Assembly (NCBI GenBank): GCA_048571215.1
Contig: CP182352.1
Location: 3,328,001 to 3,392,000 of the forward strand
Origin: Halarcobacter sp.
GTDB taxonomy: Bacteria; Campylobacterota; Campylobacteria; Campylobacterales; Arcobacteraceae
Direction of reading: 5' to 3'
Length of the DNA: 64,000 bases
Shown here: positions 10,271 to 20,455 of the stretch, one piece after another
Numbering within the stretch: the stretch's first letter is position 1
How the letters are laid out: each line of letters begins with the position of its first letter
Made by a program: the position numbers and the translations under genes
Notes under the pieces: model-generated
The model's database searches: none
What the model was told of the DNA's origin: nothing
The model's input: the letters and a program-made list of their open reading frames with translations, nothing else

Positions 10271-11155
10271 ATGACAGATAAGTCAAAAAGTACAATCTTT
10301 GTACTTATATGTATAGCCCTATGGGCAATGATACCACCTGCTGCAAAGTTTGGGCAAACAAATCTAGATAATCACCAGTTTCTTTTTTATTCTAGTATTA
10401 TCTCTTTTGGATGTTTGTTTTTAACAACTTTGCTAAAAGGAAAGTTCTCCCATATAAAAGAGTATAAACCTAAAGAGTGGTTTTATGTCATAGTTTTAGG
10501 ATTGCTTGGAACTTATATTTATTATCTATTTTTATATTTAGGTTATAAAGAAGCAAAAGGTTTAGAGGTATTGGTTGTTCAGTATACTTGGCCTATTTTG
10601 ATTGTGGCTTTCTCTATGATTTTTTTAAAAGAGAAATTAACCATAAGAAAAGTTATAGCCTTAGTTTTAGGTTTTTTAGGAGTGGTAATTGTACTTACAA
10701 AAGGGGATTTGTCAAATATTCATATTGATAATTTAAAGGTGATATTTTTAGTATTTTTAGGGGCTTCATCTTTTGCCTTATATAGTGTATTGAGTAAAAA
10801 GATACATTTAGAACCAATAGGTGTAGTTAGTATCTATTTTCTAAGTGCAACTGTAGCTTCATTTTTTTCAATGTTGTATTTTTCAAGTTTTGCAATACCT
10901 AGTTTAAATGAATGGTTTCCAATCATTCTAAATGGAGTTTTATTAAATGGGTTTTCATATCTATTATGGCTAAATGCATTAAAGATGACAGAAGCTTCAT
11001 ATTTAGCCCCTTTTATATTTATCACACCTATATTGTCTGCAATTTATTTGGTTTTGTTATTTGATGAACCTGTATTGTTTGCCTATGTTATCGGTTTGGT
11101 GTGTGTTGTTTTAGCAGGCTTGGTCAATAGTATAAAAGTATCTAGAAAAATCTAG
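10271..11155 (+). CDS. DMT/EamA family transporter
   Basis: About 10 TM segments, duplicated EamA pattern (QYTWPIL..FLKEKL; FITPIL..LLFDEP). Confidence 0.88.
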   Translation: MTDKSKSTIFVLICIALWAMIPPAAKFGQTNLDNHQFLFYSSIISFGCLFLTTLLKGKFSHIKEYKPKEWFYVIVLGLLGTYIYYLFLYLGYKEAKGLEVLVVQYTWPILIVAFSMIFLKEKLTIRKVIALVLGFLGVVIVLTKGDLSNIHIDNLKVIFLVFLGASSFALYSVLSKKIHLEPIGVVSIYFLSATVASFFSMLYFSSFAIPSLNEWFPIILNGVLLNGFSYLLWLNALKMTEASYLAPFIFITPILSAIYLVLLFDEPVLFAYVIGLVCVVLAGLVNSIKVSRKI

Positions 11156-11177
11156 ATACTTTATATCAGATTTGATA
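11133..11177. repeat. Left copy of a 45-bp direct repeat bounding the tricarboxylate island; includes a bidirectional terminator-like hairpin
   Basis: TAAAAGTATCTAGAAAAATCTAGATACTTTATATCAGATTTGATA is 44/45 identical to 27665-27709; contains the AAAGTATCTAGA/TCTAGATACTTT inverted repeat. Confidence 0.9.
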
Positions 11178-11215
11178 TTTTAAAGAATAAAAGCAAGAAC
11201 TTTTTTTTTATTATT

Positions 11216-11248
11216 TGCAAGGTTTATGACAGACTATAAATCTATAAT
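11216..11248 (+). promoter_or_regulatory. TGCAAG-N5-TGACAG box plus -10 (TATAAT) for usp-tctDE
   Basis: TGCAAGgtttaTGACAG at 11216-11232, 10-bp spacer, TATAAT at 11243-11248; same geometry at five other sites. Confidence 0.7.
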
Positions 11249-11277
11249 TCAATAAATCTTTCCATAAAGGATCATAA

Positions 11278-12126
11278 ATGAATTATAAGAAGTTGTTTTT
11301 CCCTATAGGTGGGGGTGATGAATTAGTAGAAAGATTGTATGGAGCTTTTTTGGTAGCTAAATACTTTAATACTAATTTAGAAATATTAAAATGTAGTTTT
11401 AATGCTAATAAAAATCTGTATAAATTGTTACCTCTACCAAAAGATGTTCTAGATAATATTAATGATGTTATTGATTCAAATTATGAAGATGAAAATTCAG
11501 AGTTTAAATCTATAATTGAACAAATCTCTAAAGACTTGGATGTTAAGATTGTAAAAAAAGCTTTGCATAATGAAGCTTCTGTAACAGTAAATATTAAACA
11601 AGGAATTAGAAGTACTTTAGTTGAAAATGAATCAAAATATTGTGATTTGGTTGTTGTAGCCGCTCCTCCATCAGGTATAACAACTGCCACTTTTGAAACA
11701 GCAATACTTAAAAGTGGTAAATCAATTCTGATGATTCCTAGAATCATGAGACAGTTTAGTTTGGACACAGTAATTATTGGTTGGAATAATTCACCAGAAT
11801 CTTCAAGAGCAATAACATCATCAATTGAGATATTAAAAAATGCACAAAAGGTACATATAGTATCATCTACAGAGTATTTAGAAGAAGAACACTCTATTGA
11901 AAAATTGATTGAGTATCTAAAAATTCATGAAATAAATGCGACTTATGAGATAGTAAAAACTACAAAAATCCCAGGTGAAGCTTTATTAAATGCTGCTTTA
12001 GATGGAGATTTTAATTTAATAGTTGCAGGTGCTTACGGACATAGAGGATTAAAAGAGCTTATGTTTGGTGGTGCTACTAGGTATTTACTTGAACATTCAT
12101 CAATACCAGTTTTTATGTCACATTAA
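11278..12126 (+). CDS. Universal stress protein (tandem USP)
   Basis: LIVAGAYGH..LKELMFGGATRYLL..PVFMSH C-terminal USP motif. Confidence 0.88.
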   Translation: MNYKKLFFPIGGGDELVERLYGAFLVAKYFNTNLEILKCSFNANKNLYKLLPLPKDVLDNINDVIDSNYEDENSEFKSIIEQISKDLDVKIVKKALHNEASVTVNIKQGIRSTLVENESKYCDLVVVAAPPSGITTATFETAILKSGKSILMIPRIMRQFSLDTVIIGWNNSPESSRAITSSIEILKNAQKVHIVSSTEYLEEEHSIEKLIEYLKIHEINATYEIVKTTKIPGEALLNAALDGDFNLIVAGAYGHRGLKELMFGGATRYLLEHSSIPVFMSH

Positions 12127-12146
12127 TATTATGTTAAAATACCATT

Positions 12147-12803
12147 ATGAAAATATTACTTTTAGAAGATAATGAAACATTAGCAAATGGTATTAATAGA
12201 AAACTCCAAGAGATTGGATATATAGTAGATTTTTTTTATAATGGAGAAGATGGTTTATATACATTAGAAACAGTAAAATATGATCTACTTATATTAGATT
12301 TAGGTCTTCCTGGAATTGATGGTATAGAAATTATAAAAAAATTAAGAAGTACAAAAAAAAATCTTCCAATACTTGTAATATCAGCAAGGGATAAATTAGA
12401 TCAAAGAATATTGGGTTTAGATACAGGAGCTGACGATTATTTATGTAAACCCTTTGAATTAGATGAGGTTGTTGCTAGAGTTAATGCCTTATTAAGAAGA
12501 AGTAATAATCAAGTAAGTAATATTATCAAGTATAATGATCTTGTATTTGATACTCAATCTTTAATACTAAAAAAAGAGAATGAAATTATAGAATTAAGTA
12601 AAAGAGAACTAAGAATTTTTGAATATCTTTTATTAAATCTAAATGCTATTATAAGCAAAGAAAATATTGTTGAACAAGTAACAACAGTTGATGATGAGTT
12701 CAATCCTACAGCTGTTGAGACATATATCTCAAGATTAAGAAAAAAACTAGGAAACTCTATTAACCTAAAAACTGTAAGAGGTTTAGGTTATATGTTAAGT
12801 TAA
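12147..12803 (+). CDS. tctD: OmpR-family response regulator, TctD-like
   Basis: Receiver (LLEDN, ILDLGLP, DDYLCKPF) plus wHTH (VETYISRLRKKL, TVRGLGY); lies next to TTT genes. Confidence 0.75.
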   Translation: MKILLLEDNETLANGINRKLQEIGYIVDFFYNGEDGLYTLETVKYDLLILDLGLPGIDGIEIIKKLRSTKKNLPILVISARDKLDQRILGLDTGADDYLCKPFELDEVVARVNALLRRSNNQVSNIIKYNDLVFDTQSLILKKENEIIELSKRELRIFEYLLLNLNAIISKENIVEQVTTVDDEFNPTAVETYISRLRKKLGNSINLKTVRGLGYMLS

Positions 12804-12805
12804 CT

Positions 12806-14179
12806 ATGAATACTGATATTCCGTCAATTAGTTCCAGACTAATAACCTGGCTTACAATACCTTTACTAATCTTAACCACCATAGTGTTTGTTTATTTTTA
12901 TATTTTTTCAATTGAAAAAATTACAAAGTTTTTTGATAACAGATTGCTTGCAAGTGCAAAAAGTATTGAACACAGTTTAGGTATAGAAGATGGTGAACTT
13001 TTTGTTGATATCCCAAGTTTTTCTATTGAATTATTATCAACTAACGATAGGGGTTTAATTTATTATTCTATAGTCGATGAAAAAAAGAATCTTTTAGTAG
13101 GTTATAATCTATTATTTAATAGAAATCTAAAAGATGAAGATGAACCAGAATTTTATTATACTACTTATGATGGCTCAAAATTAAGAGCTATCTCTTATAA
13201 AACTACACTTTATAGTTCAGGTAAAGCCTACAGTGCCTATATAACTATAGGGGAAACTACAGAAGAGAGAAATGAAAATATAAAACAAGTATTGATTTTA
13301 CTATCAGCTATAATGGGAATAGTTGTTGTTTGTAGTATAGTAATCACCTTGCTTGCAGTGCGTCAAGGATTAAAACCCCTTAAAGATTTGAAGAAGATTA
13401 TCAAAAAAAGAGATGAAAAAGATTTAGAAGTATTGGTTTTTGATGCTCCTAAAGAGATAGAAGATATTGTAAAAAGTATAAATATTTTATTGAAAAGAAG
13501 TAGAAATACTATAGAGTATATAGAACAGTTTAATTCAGATATTTCCCACCAGTTAAGAACACCATTAGCAGAGATGGCAGTTCAATTGGAAACCATATAT
13601 GATAAAAAAGATAAAAACTACATAACCTTAAATTCTATCTTGAAAAATATGAAACATATCACTGAACAACTATTGTTATACGCTAAAACAAATCCAAATA
13701 CAATAAACTTAAAACGATTTAAAAAAGAGAGTCTTAATAAGATTTGTAAAAACTATAGTCTTAAGGTGGCTCCAAAAATTTATAAAAAGGGCTTTGAGTT
13801 TGCTTTTGAAGATATGCAGGAGGAGTTTTTTATCAATTGTGATTCAATAATGATTGAAAGTATGCTTGACAATATAATTAATAATGCTTTACACTATGCA
13901 GTTGATAAAAATGGTAATCCTATTGGAACAATCACCTTATCTTTAAAGAGACATAATAATACTATTTGGCTTAGTGTTAAAGATGAGGGGAAAGGTGTAG
14001 GGAAAGAGTTCTTAGATAGTATTTTTAAAAGATACTTTAGAGTTGATGGTGCTAAACAAGGAACAGGTTTAGGTTTAAGTATAGTAAAACAAATTGCCTC
14101 TTTACACAAGGCAAAAGTTAGTGCAATAAATGAAAATGGTTTAAAAATCTCAATAATTTTTAAAAATGAAAATAAATAA
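12806..14179 (+). CDS. tctE: Sensor histidine kinase, TctE-like
   Basis: Two TM segments, FDNRLLASA periplasmic start, SHQLRTPL H-box, NALHY, DEGKG, GTGLGLSIV. Confidence 0.75.
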   Translation: MNTDIPSISSRLITWLTIPLLILTTIVFVYFYIFSIEKITKFFDNRLLASAKSIEHSLGIEDGELFVDIPSFSIELLSTNDRGLIYYSIVDEKKNLLVGYNLLFNRNLKDEDEPEFYYTTYDGSKLRAISYKTTLYSSGKAYSAYITIGETTEERNENIKQVLILLSAIMGIVVVCSIVITLLAVRQGLKPLKDLKKIIKKRDEKDLEVLVFDAPKEIEDIVKSINILLKRSRNTIEYIEQFNSDISHQLRTPLAEMAVQLETIYDKKDKNYITLNSILKNMKHITEQLLLYAKTNPNTINLKRFKKESLNKICKNYSLKVAPKIYKKGFEFAFEDMQEEFFINCDSIMIESMLDNIINNALHYAVDKNGNPIGTITLSLKRHNNTIWLSVKDEGKGVGKEFLDSIFKRYFRVDGAKQGTGLGLSIVKQIASLHKAKVSAINENGLKISIIFKNENK

Positions 14180-14181
14180 TC

Positions 14182-15510
14182 GAGACCGTTCAAAAATCTG
14201 TGTCAAGTCACCTAAAGTAACAAATCCATACTTGTTACAACTCTAAATAATTATCCAATCTCCCTTCGAAAAATATAGCAAGTTGGGAGATTGTTAAACT
14301 CCAATTATGCACTGGCTGAGTCCATTTTACTTTTGCATTTAATATTCCCATATACAACAATTTTAAAAGTGAATTCTCATTAGGGAAAGCTCCTTTTGTT
14401 TTGGTTAATTTTCTAAATTGCCTATGTACAGATTCAATAATATTTGTAGTGTACATAATCTTTCTTATCTCTTTTGGATATTTAAAATAATAAGATAAAT
14501 TCTCCCATTTATTTTGCCAAGATTGAAGTACTATGGGATATCTTTTCCCCATTTTTCATCTAGTTTTAAAAGCTCATCTTCTGCAAGTTCTTTTGTTGTT
14601 GCTTGATAAACAAGTTTTAAATCTCTCATAAACTCTTTTTGGTCTTTAGAAGCTACATACTTCAATGAATTACGAATTTGATGTACAACACAAAGTTGTA
14701 CTTCGGTATTTGGATATATTGTTTTAATAGCTTCAGGAAAGCCTTTAAGACCATCTACTGATGCAATTAGTATATCTTCTAATCCTCTATTATTTAAATC
14801 AGTAAGAACACTAAGCCAGAAGTTTGCTCCTTCACTTTGGGATAAATATAATCCTAATATATCTTTTTTACCATCAATTCCCATCCCTAAAACTGTGTAA
14901 ACTGCTTTACTCACATACTTCCCACCATCTTTTATTTTATAATGTATCGCATCAAGCCATACAAATGGATAAATAGCTTCTAAAGGTCTACTTTGCCAAG
15001 CTTTTACCTTATCTATAATTTTATCTGTAATAGTGCTTATTGTTGCACTTGATAATTGTATTTGATATATCTCTTCAATATGTTTTATAATATCTCTATA
15101 GCTTAATCCTAAGCCATACATAGATAATATCTTTTCTTCTATTTCATTAGACATTGTTGTTTGGTTTTTCTTTACAAGTTGTGGTTCAAAAGAACCTGTT
15201 CTATCTCTTGGAGTATTCAATTCAAAGGAACCACTTGTTGATTTTATTGTTTTAGAGCTTTTACCATTCTTTCTATTTTTATTTCCTGCAAATACATCTT
15301 GAGTTATATGAGAATCTAATTCTGCTTCTAAAGCAGCTTCAACTAATTGTTTTACTAATGGAGCAAGTACTCCATCTTTACCATTGATATTTTTACCTGC
15401 AAGTAAATCTTGTACAGCTTCATTAAAATCAAATTGTTTTTTCTTTTCCATCTATATCAATCCTTATAATATTTATTATATCAGACTGACACAGATTTTC
15501 TAACACTCCC
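14182..15510 (-). mobile_element. IS256-family insertion sequence, copy 1 (1329 bp)
   Basis: Imperfect terminal IRs (GAGACCGTTCAAAAATCTGTGTCA / GGGAGTGTTAGAAAATCTGTGTCA); 8-bp target duplication AAATAATC at 14174-14181 and 15511-15518; near-identical to 60676-62005. Confidence 0.95.
14235..15451 (-). pseudogene. IS256-family transposase, frameshifted
   Basis: Split into 306-aa and 105-aa ORFs; C4 run at 14547-14550 versus C5 at 61041-61045 in the intact copy; could be a sequencing error. Confidence 0.8.
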
Positions 15511-15517
15511 AAATAAT

Positions 15518-16477
15518 CTAATCTTTAATCAAATAGTTATATTTTTTATATTCTTCAAGTAAATCTTCTAAAATTTTTTTAGAATTTTTAGGACCTATCC
15601 ATAGATGCCCTATATTGTTTTTCTTTAAAATATTTTGTACTTTTCTTTTTGCTAAAACTTTTTTTATGGTATTTTTTAATAATTTATATCTTTGTGGGTA
15701 TAACTCTTTAAATTTTTTTGAAACGGCCATTCCCCTTATGGAACCATTGATAATAGGCATCGTAATGCCTATTTCCTCAAGAACCTCATTTATAGTAGGA
15801 GCATCCCATCTTTTTGATCTTTTTTTAGAAATTATCGCTAAAGGGGTTACTTTTTTTCTATATTTTTCACTCCCTTGCCCTGCAATTACTAATAAATCAA
15901 TTTTAGAATCAATTAAAGCTTTTCTAGCATTTCTGCCTCCACTAAAAAGTTTTAAATTTATGTTTTGAATAGGAAGGTTCAATTTTTCAAGAAGTAATTT
16001 AAATGTGATATGACTACTTGATTTATTCATTACTCCTACTTTTAATTTTTTTGGATATTTTTTTATATATTCTAGTATTTCTAACAAAGATTCAAATTTT
16101 GAATCCTTGTTAACCAAAAAAAGGTCAAATTCAAACCATTGTAAATTTATTATCTCAAAATCTTCTAATGAAAAATTTGTATCATCTCTTAAAATTACAT
16201 TTAATAAATAGGGTGAAAATGCAGATGAGAAAAGTGTATAACCATCATTTTTTTGACTTAAGAAATATTTTGTAGCATCTAAAGAAGCGTTATCTTTTAT
16301 ATTTTTGACATCTAATTCTACACCTAACTCTTCTTGAAGAAGTGGTATCATGATTCTTGTCATTCTGTCTGCACTTCCCCCTTCTCCAAGACCAACAATT
16401 ACCTCTATAGTCCTATTTGGATAATTGTTTGCTAAAATTATGTTAGTTAGTAAAATTAACAGAAATAATATTTTCAT
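15518..16477 (-). CDS. Tripartite tricarboxylate transporter substrate-binding protein (TctC/Bug family)
   Basis: Signal peptide, YPNRTIEVIVGLGEGGSADRMTR, DGYTL. Confidence 0.82.
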   Translation of the reverse strand: MKILFLLILLTNIILANNYPNRTIEVIVGLGEGGSADRMTRIMIPLLQEELGVELDVKNIKDNASLDATKYFLSQKNDGYTLFSSAFSPYLLNVILRDDTNFSLEDFEIINLQWFEFDLFLVNKDSKFESLLEILEYIKKYPKKLKVGVMNKSSSHITFKLLLEKLNLPIQNINLKLFSGGRNARKALIDSKIDLLVIAGQGSEKYRKKVTPLAIISKKRSKRWDAPTINEVLEEIGITMPIINGSIRGMAVSKKFKELYPQRYKLLKNTIKKVLAKRKVQNILKKNNIGHLWIGPKNSKKILEDLLEEYKKYNYLIKD

Positions 16478-16485
16478 TAGATGCC

Positions 16486-17244
16486 TTATAAAGATACATA
16501 TATATTAATTGAATCAAAAATTAATTTACTGCCAAGTATAAGTATAACAATTTTTAAAATCTTTTTAAATAAAACATCGTTAGATTTATCAAGTAATTTT
16601 TTTCCAATAATTGTTCCTAGGTATGAAACTAATATTAAAAGCACTATTAAAAATAACCATAAGGAGTAGTCAAAGCCTAAATTTCCAAATATTATAGCTT
16701 TTCCTAAATTTTGAAAAGAGACACACCATGCAAGTGTACCAACTATAAATTGTCGATTATTTATAAAGGCACTGAAAAAAAGTATCACTATTGGACCCAT
16801 TGCTCCAATAAACATGGTTAAAAAACCAGTTATTGCACCAACTAATATTATCATATAGTTATTTACTTTTTTTATTTGAAATTTTGGTAAAAAATTTAAT
16901 AAGATAATCCCTAAACCTAGTATAAATTTCATTATATATTCAGGTAGTGTAACTAAAAAATGTATTGATAGGGAATATCCCAATAAAGTTCCAAATAAAA
17001 AAAGGAGAAAGATTTTAAATATTACAGATTTTCTAAAAATAAAAGAACGAACGAAACCTGCACCAGCTTGGGTTAAAGCATGGACAGATAAAAGGGTAGT
17101 TGCAGGTAGAACCATACTCATACCTGCAATTACAAAAAGTCCTCCTCCTGCACCTACACTAGTTGTTATAAGTGAACCAAAAAAGCAACTAATTAATAAA
17201 ATAATTAGATCTATGGTATCTATAGGAAGAGTAAAGAAGTCCAT
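16486..17244 (-). CDS. TauE/SafE (TSUP) family membrane transporter
   Basis: GAGGGL and GFLTMFIGAMGP motifs, about 8 TM. Confidence 0.8.
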   Translation of the reverse strand: MDFFTLPIDTIDLIILLISCFFGSLITTSVGAGGGLFVIAGMSMVLPATTLLSVHALTQAGAGFVRSFIFRKSVIFKIFLLFLFGTLLGYSLSIHFLVTLPEYIMKFILGLGIILLNFLPKFQIKKVNNYMIILVGAITGFLTMFIGAMGPIVILFFSAFINNRQFIVGTLAWCVSFQNLGKAIIFGNLGFDYSLWLFLIVLLILVSYLGTIIGKKLLDKSNDVLFKKILKIVILILGSKLIFDSINIYVSL

Positions 17245-17246
17245 TT

Positions 17247-18317
17247 TTACACCAAAACTTCACCATTAAGAAGTAATCTAATTGTTCTTGTAGTTTTCCC
17301 TTCAACTTCCATAAAATCTTCACTAGGGAAATTAATCCCAACATCAATTACTCCAGAAGGTGTTTCAATTTTAACATTATGTTCGCCAATTTTAAACTCT
17401 TTATTATTTATTTGGTTTAATAGAGTTCCTTTTATAAAACATCCTGCACTTACACAAAATCCTGCACTTACAGCAAGCGCTGGGTGAGCTGTTTCGGGAG
17501 TAAAGTATCTTATATTTATATCTGCTTCATCTTGTGCTTTTGAAATAACTGCAAATTTTGGTATTACATTTCCTTTGCATGGACCTAAGCCCATTGCATG
17601 TGAGGCTAAATCTCTAATCTTTTCTAATTTTTCAAATAACTCTTTTTTTTCATCTAGTTTGGCAGGTGTCTCATAACCACTGATTCCCATATCTTGGGCT
17701 TTTACAAAAACAACTGGCATTGAGATATCAATACAAGTTGCTTTAACTCCATCAAATTCATCAATCACATTACCTGTGGGCAAATAAGAACCTGTTTTAC
17801 CTCCAGCAATATTTTTGAAAAACATTTTTACAGGAGCTGCAGTTCCTGGAACTCCAGGAATTGAAAAATCTCCTTTATAAGTTATAGTTCTATTTGGAGT
17901 TTTAATAGTTTGAGAAATAGTTGCCCCTGTATTAACATCATATACATTTACAATAGTTTCTCCATCTTCAATATTTACCAAACCTCTTTCTAAACCAAAA
18001 GCACCTACTGCTGTCAAAACATTTCCACAAGTTGGTTTATCATCAACAATAGCTTCATTTAGACTAGGTTGCATAAATTTATAATCCAAATCTATCCCTT
18101 CTCTTTTTGAAACTGAGATAACAGCAACTTTTGTTGTTACTGTAGTTGCCCCACCAATTCCATCTATTTGTCTAATATCTGGACTACCCATAATTTTTAG
18201 TATTAAATCGTGTCTTTCTTTTGTATCTGCTGGTAAATCATTTTCTAAAAAATAAACACCTTTAGAGGTTCCAGATCTATAAATCATACAATTTATTTTA
18301 TTTAAATCATTTTTCAT
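17247..18317 (-). CDS. PrpF/GalD-family isomerase (4-oxalomesaconate tautomerase / aconitate isomerase-like)
   Basis: RSGTSKGVYF, MGSPDIRQIDGIGG, CGN, IPGVPGTAAP, ETPSG motifs. Confidence 0.85.
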   Translation of the reverse strand: MKNDLNKINCMIYRSGTSKGVYFLENDLPADTKERHDLILKIMGSPDIRQIDGIGGATTVTTKVAVISVSKREGIDLDYKFMQPSLNEAIVDDKPTCGNVLTAVGAFGLERGLVNIEDGETIVNVYDVNTGATISQTIKTPNRTITYKGDFSIPGVPGTAAPVKMFFKNIAGGKTGSYLPTGNVIDEFDGVKATCIDISMPVVFVKAQDMGISGYETPAKLDEKKELFEKLEKIRDLASHAMGLGPCKGNVIPKFAVISKAQDEADINIRYFTPETAHPALAVSAGFCVSAGCFIKGTLLNQINNKEFKIGEHNVKIETPSGVIDVGINFPSEDFMEVEGKTTRTIRLLLNGEVLV

Positions 18318-18318
18318 T

Positions 18319-20310
18319 TTAGTTTCCTTTTAAATACATATCATAAATTAGTCCCGTAGGAAGATGTAATGTCATAGCATCAGAAACAAACAATAAGAAA
18401 GCTATAGCACAAGAGGTAATAATGGCTATTTTCAACCAAGAACTGTTCATTTTTATTCTTATAACTAGAATAAATAAAATTGCCAATGCTGGAATAAACC
18501 CTAAAATCCAAGTCCCAAGTAAGAAAACCGGTAATATTAAGAAGTTTATCCAGGTAGTTGTCCAAGCTGAAGATAGTTGTCCATTTTCAAGGATTTCTAC
18601 TGATAATATATCTTTTTGTCTTTTTTTAGAAGTTATTTGTATTGATAAAATTACCCCAAATAGTAAAAGTAAGGAGCTGACAATTATAGGAAAAATACCA
18701 CCTAAAAATCTTAAGTCAAAAGAATCAATTAGAGCAAATAGTGCAAATGCCATTAATCCCCAAATAAATATTAATTCTCCAGAAAAGAATGTGTATTTAA
18801 AATTGCTTTCTTGATTTTCTACAGGGTTATTCTCTTTATTCTTTTTATCGTCTCTTTTTTTGAAATATAGACTTAAAAGAATTGATGCAAGCATAAATAC
18901 TATTAGGATAATTACACCTGGTCTTTCTAACATTCCCCATGAATAAAATTGTACAGCTTGATAGTAGTATGTCTCAATTGTTCCTGCCAAAACAAAACCG
19001 ATTAATAGTGCAGGTCTTGGCCAATCAAAGTACTTAAATAGTGTCCCTAATGCACCAATAGCAATAAGTAAAATTAAATCTTCTAAACTTCTTGTTGCTT
19101 GTAATGCTGCAAAAAAGATAATCATTAACATAAAAGGTGCAACATATCCATAAGGGATAGTTGTGATTTTAGAAATTTTGTTTGATAATAGCATACAAGT
19201 TACTGTACCTACGATATTTGCAAGGGCAAGAGACCAAATAATAATATATGAAACTTCTAAGTTCTCTTTAACCATACCAGGACCTGGTTCAATTCCAAGT
19301 ATTACTAAACCACCTAAAAAAACTGCCATTGAACCACTTCCTGGGATACCAAAAAGTAAAGTTGGAATTAATCCTCCACCTTCTTTTGCATTATTTGCAG
19401 ATTCAGGAGCAATAACACCTCTAATATCACCTTTCCCAAATTTAGATTTATCTTTTGAAGTTTGAACAACATGACCATAAGCAATCCAGTCAACAACACT
19501 TCCACCTAAACCAGGAATTGCTCCAATCATAGCTCCTATTGGGGCACATCTAGCAACTATCCATTTATGTATCCATACATCTTTTATCCCTTGGACAAAA
19601 CTACCTTTTAGTTTTTCTGATTTTGATATTTTTTTATTTTCAATTAATAAAGAGATGATTTCTGGAACTGCATAGATTCCAAGACCTAAAATAACAAGTT
19701 TGATTCCATCATATAAGTAGAAACTTCCAAATGTCATTCTAAATTCTCCTGTTGCAGGAGATGAACCAATACAACCTAAAAGTAATCCAATTGCTGCAGC
19801 GATAAAACCTTTATATAAAGATTTACCACTTAAAACACCAACCATACTAAGTCCAAATATCCCAAGAATAAATAGTTCCGCAGATCCTAACTTTAAAATA
19901 AGCTCCCTTGCAAAAACTATAAAAGCAGATAAGATAATAGCTCCCAATAATCCACCAATCAAAGATGCTGCAAAAGCTGCCCCTAGAGCCCTTGCCGCTT
20001 CACCCTTTTGGGATAGTGGATATCCATCTAAAACCGTTGCTTGTGATGCAGATGAACCAGGTATCCCCATAAGTACTGATGTGAAAGTATCTGAAGTTGG
20101 AACAACTGCAACCATTCCAATTAACATTGCTAAAGCAGATGTCGTATCCATCCCATAAAGAAAAGGTAACATTATTGAAAAACCTACAATTCCTCCAAGT
20201 CCAGGTAAGATACCTACTATAATACCTAATATTACGCCCCCAAAGAGGTATAACATGTGGTGAACTTGCATCAATTCTGTAAATGCATTCATTAAGGTAT
20301 CAAATGCCAT
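18319..20310 (-). CDS. tctA: Tripartite tricarboxylate transporter permease TctA with a C-terminal TctB-like extension
   Basis: GILPGLGG, GIPGS, APESANNA..GGLIPTLLFGIPG; 663 aa with about 4 extra C-terminal TM ending in LPTG. Confidence 0.85.
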   Translation of the reverse strand: MAFDTLMNAFTELMQVHHMLYLFGGVILGIIVGILPGLGGIVGFSIMLPFLYGMDTTSALAMLIGMVAVVPTSDTFTSVLMGIPGSSASQATVLDGYPLSQKGEAARALGAAFAASLIGGLLGAIILSAFIVFARELILKLGSAELFILGIFGLSMVGVLSGKSLYKGFIAAAIGLLLGCIGSSPATGEFRMTFGSFYLYDGIKLVILGLGIYAVPEIISLLIENKKISKSEKLKGSFVQGIKDVWIHKWIVARCAPIGAMIGAIPGLGGSVVDWIAYGHVVQTSKDKSKFGKGDIRGVIAPESANNAKEGGGLIPTLLFGIPGSGSMAVFLGGLVILGIEPGPGMVKENLEVSYIIIWSLALANIVGTVTCMLLSNKISKITTIPYGYVAPFMLMIIFFAALQATRSLEDLILLIAIGALGTLFKYFDWPRPALLIGFVLAGTIETYYYQAVQFYSWGMLERPGVIILIVFMLASILLSLYFKKRDDKKNKENNPVENQESNFKYTFFSGELIFIWGLMAFALFALIDSFDLRFLGGIFPIIVSSLLLLFGVILSIQITSKKRQKDILSVEILENGQLSSAWTTTWINFLILPVFLLGTWILGFIPALAILFILVIRIKMNSSWLKIAIITSCAIAFLLFVSDAMTLHLPTGLIYDMYLKGN

Positions 20311-20360
20311 AATTTATCCTTTCTGTAGTTATTAACTACTAATTATTTAATTTATTGAAA

Positions 20361-20393
20361 AGATTAACATTATTGGCTGGCGTGAAACTTGCA
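20361..20393 (-). promoter_or_regulatory. Shared box plus extended -10 for the tctA operon
   Basis: Minus strand TGCAAGtttcaCGCCAG (20393-20377), 10 bp, TAATCT preceded by TGn. Confidence 0.7.
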
Positions 20394-20401
20394 GAAAAAA
20401 T

Positions 20402-20432
20402 AAAAAAGCCACTATCAAAAAAGATAGTGGCT
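20402..20432 (-). terminator. Intrinsic terminator after tcuB
   Basis: AGCCACTATC/GATAGTGGCT 10-bp stem followed by a T run on the minus strand. Confidence 0.8.
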
Positions 20433-20455
20433 AAAAGAGTTATTAAAAGATTTTT

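Noticed and set aside
14531..14552. Programmed frameshift in the IS256 transposase
   Set aside because: Copy 2 encodes the same protein in one frame; the split is a single-base loss in a homopolymer
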